A stretch of 64,000 nt of DNA, from NCBI RefSeq assembly GCF_009914755.1, contig NC_060928.1; one strand, given 5' to 3'. Under the pieces are notes generated by a model that saw only the letters and a program-made list of their open reading frames with translations, was not told where the DNA came from and did no database searches. The stretch comes from the human T2T-CHM13v2.0 reference genome, Homo sapiens. Positions 30,151 through 43,776 of this stretch are shown one piece after another (positions within the stretch are counted from its first letter, which is position 1; the number at the start of each line of letters is the position of its first letter). The position numbers and the translations under genes are program-made.

Positions 30151-31039
30151 CTTTCTCTTCTCTATTATAGCTATTATAACCTTGTAATTGGAAAAAAAAA
30201 CAGCTTATCTGACAACTCATTAAGGCCCCAATTATCAACTTGTCTCTTCTAATGCCAAATTTGTGTAATCTACTATTTATAGTTGATCCCTTTTCTCAGT
30301 CTCTTTTCAAACCTATCTTTGACTTTCACTGTCTTTGGCATTTTTCACCCTGTGTTGCTTTGTTTGATATGAAGAATTTGCAAACTGTCCTTATGTTTCT
30401 AATATGCGTACCTATTCCCTAAGACACCTATCTTCTCACCCAATTCTTGCTGATTGCCCTTCCAGATAATATACTTTGCCACATATCTTTTATAAATTTA
30501 AAGAGCCTGGACTGTTGAAAATATATTTCCTGATTATTACTATTTACATATTAATGTTTTATAGGATTTTGAAAAAGAAAAATAAATAACATAAATTATT
30601 GTCATGAACAAAGTATAATTAACATTCTGCTTTCGATAAAATTGGAAGTTACCATTTCATATGACTTTTTAAATTAACATAATTTTTAAAAGAAGTTTTA
30701 TGTTTATGAAATAAAGGCAGAAATTACAGACAGTTTTCTATATCTATTTTCTAAATAACATAAGAAATGATTGTCTTCAACAAAAGGATACTTGGGTGGC
30801 ATTCTACTTTTACTGCTTTGTATGAGCACCTGTTTTTACTTAACAGACTTTTATAAAAGAAGTTCACATTTACCGAAAAAATGGGTAGAAAGTACAGAAA
30901 GTTTTCTATTATCTCCTTCTCCTATCCATATTTTATTACAATGGAATTAGCAAAAATCAATTATTATCAGGGACATTTTAGTTTCAGGACTGCTGAAAGT
31001 ATAGCCTCTCTTCTTAAAGTCCCATAAAATAAAGTAGAA

Positions 31040-31700
31040 TTTTTATAAAGTATATTAATACTAAACATGAAGATATACTAATAGAAATTATTCAAAAATA
31101 AGGATAAAGACTTTTTTAAGAATCAAAGAAAACAAAGCAAGAACACAGCATCACTTAGTTATGAGACAACTTCAAACAAATCTACATATATGTAATTAGT
31201 TTTCATTTAATCAGAAAATTTACTGGAATAAATAATAGTGAAAATATTTCAAAAGTGGAGAAAAACTATATATGCACTGATCCATGAAGTTCATCAAAAC
31301 CAAGTACAAAAATGTTTTTAAAAAACTACACCATGATACAAAATAATCAAATTGCTCAAAATTATTGATAGATTGCCTTAAAAACAGCCAGAGAAGATGG
31401 ACACATTACATAAAGGGAAACAAAGATAAGGCTGACAGCCGTATTCTTTTTCAAAACAATGAAAGCAATAAGAGAGTGGAGAAAAATATTTAAAAAAAAC
31501 ACTTATCAATCTAGAATTCTATACTCAGTAAAAAGATCGTTCAACAACAAAATCAACATCTTTAAAATATAGGATGCTAAAATAATACTCTTTCAGCAGA
31601 CTAACATTATGTGAAATGTCAAAGGAAATCCATCATACAGTAACAAATGATACCATGTAGAAATATGGATCAAAAAAAATAGGGAGCAATAAGGTGTTAT
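31040..31700 (+). mobile_element. Old L1 ORF1 remnant (L1M/L1ME)
   Basis: ATAATCAAATTGCTCAAAA, AAAACAGCCAGAGAA, TCAATCTAGAATTCTATACTCAGTAAAA. Confidence 0.65.
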
Positions 31701-31703
31701 TGG

Positions 31704-31704
<1 letters not shown>

Positions 31705-31737
<33 letters not shown>
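31705..31737. repeat. (CA)n microsatellite
   Basis: About 16 AC units. Confidence 0.95.
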
Positions 31738-31740
<3 letters not shown>

Positions 31741-34625
31741 GTATATGAGCAGCAAACATAATAAAAATGAGCCCACTAGAGATGGTACTTTAACACATTA
31801 TTTTAAGTAATGTTAAAAAAACAAAGTTTTAAGAACAGAGTGGAAGAAATACTGACCCAGAATATATTCAAAGAGAGGAAGCTATGATCAATAAGCAGTA
31901 CCAGGTACCCGGAAGAACACAAAACATGTACAAGGGTGGTTAATTTTTAGGCTGGAAAAGTATTTAGAGCTGAAAATATAGTTGTTTCCCAGAAAATTTT
32001 GTGCATAAAACAGTAAACCCCCTCTATAACTTCAGGTCACAGAAAATCCATCAATCACCAACATAATACAGACAGAATTATTTTTAGTCACAGAAAACAA
32101 CGTAAGAAGACAGTTCTTTCAGGAAGGTACGGTTTTCTAAGCGTGTTATTAAGGACTCAGAATGCTGTATTTTTTCTAAAGTACTTGTCATTTTACACTT
32201 TTCCCTTGTGGCCTCATGGTGGCAATGCAGCTTCAGGAACAACAGTTGTTGTCCAGGCAGAAAGAAAGAATGGGGAAAAAGGTGCCTAGTTTCTTTTAAT
32301 CATCTAGAAAAGGCTCCCACAGAGATTTCTTCCTACATCACATGGCAAGATCTGTGATATGTGGCCAGTGCTAGCTGAAAGGAATGCTTAGACGTCAAAT
32401 ACTTTCACTTTCTAGAATCCATGTAGCAGGAAAGTAAAGGAGAAAGGAGTTGAGAATGACTTTGTTTGACTTTGTGTTTATAAAAGCTACAGAATAAAAT
32501 GGTAAACCTGAAACAAAGAAGCCAAAAATATGACCAGAGAGAAAGCTGATAATTCAAAAGAAATGGAAAGTTCATTTAAAAATTACTTCACAATATTTTA
32601 AAAGATATTCCACAATCTTGTAATCAATTGGATCAATGCATGTAAAAAATTATAAAAGTCATATTTTGTAAATAATAATTATAATAATAGAATTTGTAAG
32701 TGTTCTGAAAATCCATAATGGTATCATTTTTGCAGAAAGCAATTTGAAGGTAAAGACACGCTAAAGCATGTAATTATGAGTGGTATTCAATCTGTAGCTC
32801 CAAATATCTGCTAACTTAGAAGAAGTAAAGTTAAAAATATCTTTTTATCTCTCTCACACACACTCACACATGCACGCACACACATGCACACCACTATTAC
32901 CACAATCACACAATGACATAAACCACATATTATGATTGAGGAAAAATTCCTGCTAGTGTAGATCTCTGTATTCCAATCCCCATAAGAAATACCTGCCAGT
33001 AGCTGAACAGATAGAAACTGCCTTATTTTTAAAATATTGGTGAAGAGGAAAAGCAAAATGACAGAATAAGACCTTTCAGTGTTCATTTCCTTATAGAAAC
33101 ATCAATTTTAACAACTATCCATGAATAAAACTATCTTCACCAGAGCCTCAGAAACAGCTAAGAGATCACAGTACCTGGTATTGGCATAATTATAAGAAAA
33201 GTCACGTTGAAGAAGGTAGAAGGGACAAAGCTATCTTGCATGGATCATTGCTTGCCCCACTCCAAACAGCACAGCAATGAGAAAGACCCATTCCACTTGG
33301 GGGAAAGAGAAGAAAGTGAGTGCAGGACTTTGATTTGAACTCAGTGCCAGGCCAATCACAATGAAATCCAACACCAGGCAGAAGCTGCCAGCTCCTGACC
33401 CAAGACACATGTCTGTGGACAGAAATCCTATCCCTGCCTCAGTTCCAGGTAGAGAATGGTGGCCTTGTTGAAATAGACTCTTTCTGGCTCACATTACTGC
33501 TGGCCATCTGCTGCAGTCTCAAACCACAAATAAACCTCAGCATCAGGCATTTGGTGACAACATGGGTCTTGAACATTACTCTGTGCTGCTTTGGTCTCAG
33601 TAACTGTGGGATTCAGGTGGGCCTAGCATTATAGTGGTTGTGGCAGCCATGAGAATGCCCACCCCATTCTTCTCCAACCCCAGTCAGAATAGCAAAGAAA
33701 GAGACATTGTTCACATGGGAGAATGAGAGGCACAAAATCTTGCCTTGGAGTTTAAAGCCTGGACTACATGGGAAAGCCCAGCACCAGACAGAGATCTTCA
33801 GCACCTGAGTACAAACCAGAGACCATGGGTAAACCCTCTGGACCTGCACTGACCTCAGATGGAAACTCAGACCAAGCAGGATAGACAACATTCTTTAGGG
33901 ACTTAGGATGTCATCTTGTACTAAACCAGCAGGAGTGACCAGGGGCTCAGAGAAAATAATAAGCACCCTGCTTACAATTTCTGAAAAGACAGGCATAAAA
34001 AAAAGCCAGACTGTGAGAACTGAAACAAATACCTAATTCTCCAGTTCACAGATGTTGTTGTTCAACCACAATCATTAAGACCATTGAGAGAACTATGAGT
34101 TTACTGAATAAAATGATGCACAAAAGATCCACCCTAAAGCAATCAATATGTATGATCTGCCAGGAAAAGAAATAAAAATACCTCTTTTAAGGAAAATCAC
34201 CAAACTTCAAGAAAACACAAAGAAACAATTCAGTGGTTTATCAGAGAAACTTAACAAAGAGATTGAAATAATCAAACAGAAACCTTGGAGCTGAAAACTA
34301 CAATAAAAAATTAAAAAATGCAATAGTGGGGGAATCAACAGTAGAATCAATTAAACAGTAGAAAAAATGGTGAGCTCAAAGATAGGCTGTTTGAAAATAC
34401 ACAGCCAGGGGAAAAATAAAAGAAAATTCAAAGGAACAAAGAACGCTTATGGGAACTATGAGACAACATCAGGAGTAAATACTCAGGTTATCGGGGTTAA
34501 AGAGGGACTGAGGAATTCCAAAGGTCTGGAAAGATTATTCAAATAGGCAGTATCAGAAAACTTTGCAAAACCAATAGAGAAAAATAAAAGTATCCAGGTA
34601 GACTAAGATCAAAGGTTACCAATCG

Positions 34626-34675
34626 TTTTTATTTATTTATTTACTTATTTTTAATTTTTTTATTATACTTTAAGT
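34626..34675 (-). mobile_element. L1PA 3'-terminal stub (tail + ~12 bp)
   Basis: T-rich tail then TATTATACTTTAAGT, the same as the L1PA end at 27004-27018. Confidence 0.7.
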
Positions 34676-34975
34676 AAGACAACGAAAATAGGAAAAAAAA
34701 AAACTACAAAAATGTCCTAAAAATCAAGTAAGAAATCCCTGTAGTAAAGCCTTGCTTACTGATAGTTAAACAGAAGTGGATTAAACTATCTATTTAAAAG
34801 AGAGAGTGACTTAATAGATTAAAAAAGAAGATTCAAACCTATGTTGGTAACAAGAAACTCATCTCATCTTTAAAGAAACATATTGACAAAGCCAACAGAT
34901 GAGAAAAGATAGTCCATGCAAATGTAAAGTGAAAGAGTAGTATATGTCATACTAATATCACATAAAATAGACTTT

Positions 34976-35264
34976 CTTTTTTGAGCCAGGGTTTTGTTCT
35001 GTCATTCAGGCTGGAGCGCAGTGACGTAATAATGACTCACTGCAACCATGAACTCCTGGGCTAAAGTTATCCTCCCACATCATCAGCCTCTTGAGTAGCT
35101 AAAAATACAGTCACACTCCACTAAGCCTGACTAATTTTTATGTTTTTAGTAGAGACAAGATCTCTCTATGTTGCCCAGGCTAGTCTCAACCTCTTCTGCT
35201 CAAATGATCCTCTCACCTCAGTCTCCCAAAGTGCAATCATAGGTGTAAGTCACTGTGCCTGAAC
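34976..35264 (-). mobile_element. AluJ
   Basis: Diverged Alu with J-type CTATGTTGCCCAGGCT; probable TSD AAAATAGACTTT/AAAATAAACTTT. Confidence 0.88.
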
Positions 35265-35309
35265 TCAAAAAAATAAACTTTAAATCTAAAGCAGTTAAAA
35301 GAGACAAAG

Positions 35310-35444
35310 AAGGTCATTGTATAACTATCAAAGGGTCAATTCAACAAGATAATATAATATAATATAATATTATAATATATATAATATAATATAAGATAAG
35401 GTCATTGTATAACTATCAAAGGGTCAGTTCAACAAGATAATATA
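35310..35444 (+). repeat. 47-bp direct duplication separated by an (ATAAT)n spacer
   Basis: 35310-35356 and 35398-35444 match at 46/47 positions. Confidence 0.95.
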
Positions 35445-36486
35445 GTAATTGTAAATATATATGCACCCAACATCAGAACACCTAAATATATAAAGCAAAT
35501 GGTAGGGGACACCCCACTTTCAGTAATGGACAAATTATCTAGATAGGAAATCAACAGAGATACAGTAGAGTTAGACTGCATTTTAGATCCAATTAACCTA
35601 ATAGATATCTACAGAATATTCCAACCAACAGCTGCAGAATATATATTATTCTGAACAGCACACAGAACATTCTTCAGGAGAAATCATATGGTAAGCCACA
35701 AAGCACATCTCAAACATTTTCAAAAATTTGATTTAATATCCAATATTTTTTTTCTCACCACAATGCAATAAAACTAGAAATCAATAATAAAAAAAATCTC
35801 AGGACACTATATATATATATGTATATATATATGTATATATATATGTATATATATATATACATGAAAATTGAGAAATACAATACACTCCTAAACAACAAGT
35901 GGTTCAGTGAAGAAATTAAAAAGAAAATTTAAAAATTTCTTGAGACATATAATAATGGAAATGCAACATAAAATAACCAATGAGATACAGCCAAAGCAGT
36001 ACTAGGAGGAAAGTTATTATCCATTAATGACAAAATCAGAAAAAAAAAAAAGGAAGATCTCAAATAAACAATCTAATAGTGTACCTCAAAGAACTAGAAA
36101 AACAAAAAGAAATCAAACCCAAAATTAGTAGAAGGAAAAATAAATAAAATGGATATAAAATGTATACAATCAATCAAGCTAATAGTTGGTTTTTGAATGG
36201 ACAACAAAATTGACAAAGTTTTGGCTCAGCTAAGCAAGAAAAAAGAGAGAAGACCCAAATAAATGAAATCAGAGACAAAAAAGAAGACATTACATTAGAT
36301 ACTACAGAGACACAAAGTATCATTAGGTACCATTATTAACAACTGTACACCAAAACAACTGAATGACCAAAAAATAGATAAATCCCTGGACACATAAAAC
36401 TTACCAAGATTAAATAATGAAGAAACAGGAAACCTGAACAGACTAATAATGAATAATGGCAGTGAATCAATAATAGAGTCTCTAAT

Positions 36487-36843
36487 TGTATCAGTTTGTT
36501 TTCATGCTGCTGATAAAGACATATCCGAGACCAGGCAAATTACAAAAGAAAGAGGTTTAATTGAACTCACAGTTCCATGTGGCTGGGGAAGCCTCACAAT
36601 CATGGCAGAAGGCAAGGAGGAGCAAGTCAAGTCTTACATGGATGGCAGCAGGCAAAGAGAGAGAGCTTGTGCAGGGGAGCCCTTCTTTTTAAAACAATCA
36701 GATCTCGTGAGACTTATTCACTATCACGAGAACAGCATGGGAAAGACTTGCCCCCATGATTCAATTACCTCTCACCAGGTCCCTTCCACAGCAAGTGGGA
36801 ACTCAAGATGAGATTTAGGTGGGGACACAACAAAACCATGTCA
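36487..36843 (-). mobile_element. THE1B solo LTR
   Basis: GAGAGCTTGTGCAGGGGAGCC; TSD CTAAT/CTTAT. Confidence 0.9.
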
Positions 36844-38519
36844 CTTATCCAAGAAATGTTCATGACCAGATGGCTTCACTGCTTCACTTCCAGTGCTTCT
36901 CAAATTCTTCCATAAATTGAATAGGAGGGAATTTTTCCGAGCTCATTCTATGAGGCCAGCATTACTTTGCTAGCAAAACCAGATAAAGACACAACAAAAA
37001 CAGAAAACTACAGACCAATATCCCTGAGGAAAAATCCTCAACAAAATACTATCAAACCAAATCCAACAGTACATCAAAAGCATTACTCACCATAATCAAG
37101 TGAAATTTGTACCAGAGATGCATTAATGGTTCAACATATGCAAATCAATAAATGTGATACATCACATCAACAGAATAAAGGACAAAATTATATGATCATT
37201 ACAATACACACAGAAAATTTTGATAAAATTCAACATTCTTTCATAATAAAAACTCTCAACAAATTAGATATAGAAGGGATAGACCTTCAAAATAATAAAG
37301 ACCTTGTATAACAAAATCACACCTAATATCACAATGAACTAAGAAAAGCTGAAAACTTCCTTTTTAACATCTGGAACAAGACTATTCAACATAGTCCTGG
37401 AAGTCTTGACCAGAGTAATAAGGCAATGAAATAGAAAAGGAGGAAGTCAAATTGTTCTTGCTTTCAGATGGCATAATCTTATATATAGAATACCCCAAAT
37501 ATTATACCAAGAACTATTAAAATTAATAGAAAAATTCAGTAAAGTTAGAGGATATGAAATCAATATGCAAATATCAGCAGTATTTCTATAAATCAATAGT
37601 GTAATATCTGAAAAAGATTTAAAGACAATAATTTCCTTTACAATAGCTACAAAAAAAGACTAAAAATATTTAGCCAAGGAAGCGAAATATTTGTACAATA
37701 AAAACTATAAGACATTAATGAATGAAATTGAAAAAATACAAAAAGGGAAAGACATCCCATGTTAATTGACTGGCAAAATTAATGTTGTTAAAATATCCAT
37801 TTACCCAAAGTGATCTACAAATGTAATGCAATCTCTATCAAAATACCAGTTGCATTCTTCAAGGAAGTAAACAGAACAACCCTAAAATTTGTATAAAACT
37901 GTGAAAGATCTAACAGTCATGGCAATCTTGAGAAAAACAAAAACAAAAATAAAACCCCCATGGAGGTATCACCATTCCTGACATCAAAATATAATAGAAA
38001 GCTGTAGTAATCAAAACAACATGGTACTGGCATAAAATAGATACAAAGAGCAATGGAAAATAACAGAAAGCCCAGAAATAAATCCATGCATCTACAGCCA
38101 ACTGATTTTCAACAAAGTTTCCAAGTACACACAGCAGGGAAAAGACATACTCTTCAATAATGATGCTGGGAAAACTGGATATTAACATGCAGAAGTACGA
38201 AATTAGACCTTTACTCTTATCATACACAAAAAGTAACTCAAAATAAAATAAAGATTTAAATGTGGGAATCTAAACTACAAAACGGCTAGAAGAAAACATA
38301 AGGGAGAAGCTCCATGACATTAGTGCAGGCAAAGATGTTTTTGGACAAAACCACTAAACCACAGGCAACAATGACAAATACAGACAAATAGGATTACATC
38401 AAACTGCAAAGATTCTGCACAGCAGAGGGAAAAATCACCAGGACGAAGACACAACCCATAGAATGAGAGAACATATTTGCAAATTATACCTCTATTAACA
38501 GGTTAACATCCAAAATATA

Positions 38520-38947
38520 CATTCGATTCTCAAATAAAATGGGCTCGTACTACACATACACTTAGACGTGGATTTTTTTTTCTACTTCTGTCACCTCTGA
38601 TACAACAAAACCAACAACCTCTCATCATCCTTCTCCTGCTTAGCCTACTCGATGCGAACACAAGGAGAATGAATAATTTTTGGTGGTCTACTTCCTTTTA
38701 AAGCATAGTACATACATTTTTTCTTCCTTATAATTTTCTTAATAATATTTTCTTTTTGGAGCTTGTTTTATTATGAAATTCAGCATATAATACATATAAC
38801 ATATAAAATATGTGCTAACTCTTTATGTTATTAGAAAGGCTTTCAGTCAACAATGGGCTATTAGTAGTTAAGTTTTGGGGGCATCAAAAGTCATACATGT
38901 GCTGGGTTTTGGCTTCCCTAGCCACCATGTTGTGCAAGAGTCAAATG
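38520..38947 (+). mobile_element. Tigger2a (MER28)
   Basis: TTAGCCTACTCGATGCGAA; CTATTAGTAGTTAAGTTTTGGGGGCATCAAAAGT; degenerate TIR GCAAGAGTCAAATG. Confidence 0.8.
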
Positions 38948-40334
38948 CATAAAGAAATCAAGTCCAACAACTCTACAACAAGAAAACAAATAACCCTAAT
39001 AAAATATGGAAAATATGAACAAAATATCTGAATAGACATTTCTCAAAAGTATAAAATTGTAGCCAAATGATGCTTGAAAAATTCTCAACATCATTAATTA
39101 TAAAGGAAATGCAAGTCAAAACTATAAAAGAGTGTAACCTTACTCCTGTTAGAATGGCTATCATGAAAAATCAAAAGATAGCAAGTGTTGGCAAGGGTGT
39201 GGAGAAAAGGGAGTCATTACACAGCAATGGTTGGACTGTAAATTAGTACAGTCATTCTGGAAAATAGCGAGGAGTTTCCACAAAAGATTAAAAATAGAAC
39301 TACTGTATGTTCCCAGCAATTTAACTACTGAGTATATGTCCAAAGGAAATGAAATCAGTGTGTCAAGAGGGTATTTGTATTCATGTTTACTGCAGCACTA
39401 TTCACAATAACCAAGATCTGCAATCAACTTGTTCATCAACCGATAAGTGGATAAAGAAAATGTGATGTGGTGTATGTCTACACATATACACAATAGACTA
39501 CTATTCAGCCACAAGAAATTCTAAAATCCTGTCATTTGTGGCAATATGCACAAACTCGGAGGACATTATGCTAAGCGAAATAAGCTAGGCACAGAAAGAC
39601 AAATACCACATGATCTCACTCATATATGCAATCTAAAAAGTTGTTCTCATAGAAGTAGAGAGTAAAGTAATGATTACCAGAGGGTAAGGAGGGTGGGTGG
39701 AGGAGGAGAAAGATTGGTCAATAGGTACAAAGCTATGGTTAGATGGGAGGAATAAGTCATGGTGTTCTATTTCACAATAGAATAGAGTTAACAATAATGT
39801 ATTGCATATTTCAAAATACCTAGGAGAGGTTTTTGAATGTTCTTGTTAAGAGAAATGATAAATGTTTCAGGTGATGGATATGGTAATTACCCTTATTTTA
39901 TTATTATACAATGTATACATGTGTCAAAACTTCACGATACCTCATAAATATGTGCAATTAGGATGTCTCAATTGCAAATTCAAAAAAGTATCAATAAACC
40001 AAAAAGAACCATTCCATAATCATGTAAATTATAAAGCATGATTTAGAAAGAAAAAAGAAACAATACAATCAAATTGATGGTGAAGAAAGCTTTGCATAAA
40101 ATACAATACTAAATAAATTGCAAGCCAAAATTAAAATATACAGCTTTGAAATTGAAGATTTTATTCAAATATTACCAAATTCAAAGCACAGATATAAGAG
40201 CTCAGGGAAGATATAATAGGCTAACAGATGAAGCAGACTCTTAGGTGAAGAAAATCAGAAAATAAATTAAAAATAAAATAAAACCAATAAAGAAATAGCA
40301 ACATTTCTAGCAATAGTAAACATATAGTTTAACT

Positions 40335-40523
40335 TATATATATGTGTATATATACACAGATATATGTGTGTATATGTGTGTGTAGTTTATATATGTATAT
40401 ATACATATATGTGTGTACGTGTGTATTAATATAGTATGTATACACACATATGTATATATATGTTTGTATATGTATACACATACATACACACAAATATACA
40501 CACACATATATATACACACATAT
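40335..40523. repeat. Alternating purine-pyrimidine (TA/TG/CA) low-complexity tract
   Basis: Direct reading; TG-rich left half, CA-rich right half. Confidence 0.9.
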
Positions 40524-41789
40524 AATGAGTTTTGCTAAAAACATAGTAAGTCATAAAAAATTAAAATAAATTATCAAATTGTGATAAAACATTGAAAAAT
40601 AATAAATACGGAGGACAAATAAAGATGAATGTACATTTCTAATTAATCCAAGTTAAGAAGAAATAAAACAAATGTTTCTGTAAAATATTCAAACAGCTTT
40701 TGATGTTAATCAATATGTTGAAAGAGTTCATCTTATAGTGTAAAATATATGGATTTTATAACCTTGAGACAAGTCTTCACAAAATTTCTTGGACTTCAAG
40801 TTATCCAAAGCAGCCATAAACAGTGCTCATAATCCACTACCACACACCAGGAAACCTCATTTTGATTGTACAAGTGCCTTTTCTGATTAATTGGTGCCTG
40901 TGCCATTCTGATATTTTTAGCATTTGTACATAAAGAGGGAAGAACATCAGGAATAAGAATTCTCTACTGCAATGACAGATACTTCAAAACAGTGGAGTTA
41001 TATAATCTAAGGTCAAAGAAAGTTTAGAATGAAAAACACAATAAATCTAAGAAAAACAAGAGAGATAAATCACTAAGTTAGAAAACAATGGATAGGATAT
41101 GAAAACAGAAAAATGGTAACAACAAAATAAGCTCAAGAATTTGGTCTTTGAATGTTCTAACATATAGCTATAATATTAGCTCATTTAATAAGAAAAAGAG
41201 AAACATGTATATACCAGTGAACTAATATTGGAGAAATAATATTCAGTGAAAGTTTTAAAACAAATTTTAAAACATAACTTTGCATAGTTTTATATGAATA
41301 TATTTATAAAGGAGGTTTTCTAGAAAATATATACAGAGACAATTAAACAAAGAAGCAATAGACTTAAATGAATTTTTCTTATAGGAGAAATAGAAACAAA
41401 ACTTTCAAAAGTTCCCTTTCATAGAAAGTATAAATTCTTCAATTTCATTTTTAACTTCCACCAAAACTGTAAGTAACTCATCACTCCAATGCTATTTCAA
41501 ATGTCAGATCACAGAGAATAAGAACAATAAAAGGTCTTTGAAATACATTTTAGGTCTCCATCAAACTAATGACCACAGAACTGCAATGCTATTTCTCTGT
41601 CACAGAAAACTACAGTACAGACCAATCTCCCTTCTCCATATTTGAGAACTGTAACTATTATTCAATATTAATATTTCTCAATAAAATTTGTCATCATAAT
41701 AAAAATAAACAAAAATATGGCTATTTATCAATTTAGGCTAAAGATGAGTTGAATAGAATTAACATCCATTAAAAAAGTTTGATATTTTA

Positions 41790-42600
41790 CTCTTATTTTT
41801 CTCTCAGAACCCACATTCAAGATCTCCACAAATCCTGTCAGCTGTCAATTTTGACATCCCTCAATAACTGAACAATTTTTATTATATCCAACGCTTTTAC
41901 TCTAGTCCAATTTATTATCACAACTTTTCTTGTTATTCCAAAAGCTCCTATAACCTTATCTTCTTATTTCTAATCTTGCATTCCTGGGGTCTATTGTCAA
42001 AATAGCATCCATATCAGAGCTTCACTCTGCTGAAATCTTCCAGTGGTATTTCATGTCACTCAGCATAACATCCAACACCCTTACTATGAATCAAAATGGC
42101 TGAAATGATCTATAACTCAAAAAGGCTGAAATCCCGAATGGAATTACTATCCTTACAAAAGAGGTCCAAGAGAGACCCTGTGCCCGTTTTGCCATGTGAG
42201 GACACACAGGGAGAAGCTTCTGTCTATGAATCAGAAAGCAGGCCCTCACCAGACACCAAATTTGGAGACATCTCTATCTCTCTGTTCTTACCTTGTACTA
42301 GTCTCCCCCATGCCTGTTGTGCCTCAGCTCTCCTGATCCTTGGGTTTTGATCATGTGTCCCTCCACCATGAGTTCTTCTCCCTGATATCCACATTTTCAC
42401 GCCCTCAGTTTTCTTTTTCTCTAAAAGCACCATTAGGATTTCTCTATTTCTTTTTATAAAATAACAAACTTTCAATCACTGTGTTCATTTTCTGTTTTGT
42501 TCACTGCCGTATCTCCAGTACCTTACAAACAGAATAAAATACACTGATGTTCAATAACCATTTTTGATGAATAAGCAAATGAATATGAAAAAATGAGCAA
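41790..42600 (+). mobile_element. L2 3' remnant, interrupted by a copied MLT1A fragment
   Basis: CAAATCCTGTCAGCTGT, CACTCTGCTGAAATCTTCCAGTGG, TTGTTCACTGCCGTATCTCCAGTACCT...TGATGAATAAGCAAATGAAT. Confidence 0.65.
42132..42273 (+). repeat. Dispersed copy of 43234-43374 (internal MLT1A fragment)
   Basis: Alignable over ~140 bp, with 36 bp identical (42238-42273 = 43339-43374). Confidence 0.85.
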
Positions 42601-43113
42601 TATCTTTATGTATTGATATGCAATCTTGCCTTTACTATATTGTTAGATGCAAAAATATTTTGTAGAAAAACAAGTGCAATATGAGCTGATTTGGATAAAA
42701 ATATACATACTATGTCAGTGTATAAAGTATAATGTCAATTTTATGTATATGTATATTGAATAAGTTTATGTGTACCTAAAAACATAGGCATATCTTTATA
42801 TAACTGAAAGGAAGGAATGAAGGAAAAAAGGAAGGCGAAAAGATCTGGTGAGATCTAACCCAATCCAAACTGTAAACAGTAGTGGCCACTGGTAGATATG
42901 ATTTAATGTTTGTATGTATGGGTGTGTATAGGCTGTGGTGGCAGGATATTATGAGATTTTTACTTTTCAATTTATATCATTATCTATTGTTTTACTACCA
43001 TTCTCTACAATTTTCTACTTATTCTCTACCATTCTTGATTGCCTTTTAGTTTTCAAAAACAATTAATATTGTATTTTTAACACAGTTAAAATATAACAGT
43101 CTTTGTTGAGAGC

Positions 43114-43477
43114 TGCTATGGTCTCAATATTTGTGTTCCCCCCAAAATTCATAAATTGAAATTCTCATCCCCAAGGTGATGGTGTTAGGAGGTGGGGCCT
43201 TTGGGAGTTGATAAGGTCATGAGGGTGGAGCCCTCCTGAATGGTATTACTATCCTGACAAAAGAGTCCGAAGAGAGACCCCATGCCCCTTTTTGCCATGT
43301 GAGGAGAGAGAGAGAAGTTTCTGCCTATGAATAAGAAGGCAGGCCCTCACCAGACACCAAATTTGGAGACATCTTGATCGTGGACTTCCCAGCATCCAGA
43401 ACTGTGAGAAGTAAATTTCTGGTGCTTATAAGATATCCAGACTATGGTATGTCTAGCAGGAAAAATGAACTAAGATA
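43114..43477 (+). mobile_element. MLT1A/A0 solo LTR
   Basis: TGCTATGGTCTCAATATTTGTG...GAACTAAGATA; TSD AGAGC/AGAGT. Confidence 0.88.
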
Positions 43478-43776
43478 AGAGTCAATGTTTCAAGTTAAAG
43501 TTAACATTAGATACTACGTTGGTTCTTATTTTAAAATAGATATTCTGTATTACATTGGTAAATACTATATTTTATTATGAAAAATTATTTTTAAAAACAG
43601 AAATTGCTGTTGAATTTTGTCAAACATCTTTGGTTTGTTTCACAATTATGCCAAATATTTATCAAAATACACTATATCTTCTTAGGACAGAGACTTACTA
43701 ATGTTAGATGTAGATTAAATAATGCTGGTTACTATTTCTGTTTAAAGAATGATCTAAAAGTTGTACTCTTCATTTC

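Larger units (their letters stand above)
33045..39988 (+). mobile_element. Long L1MA4/5-like LINE-1 (5'UTR, partial ORF1, ORF2, 3'UTR) with nested AluJ, THE1B LTR, Tigger2a and an L1PA stub
   Basis: Colinear degenerate ORF1 (34000-34625) and ORF2 (e.g. FDKIQHSFIIKTLNKL ~37220) plus L1MA 3'UTR. Confidence 0.85.

Noticed and set aside
40000-41780. Possible very old L1 fragments; also a possible MaLR/LTR relic at 32000-32450
   Set aside because: Similarity too weak to assign family or boundaries by eye.
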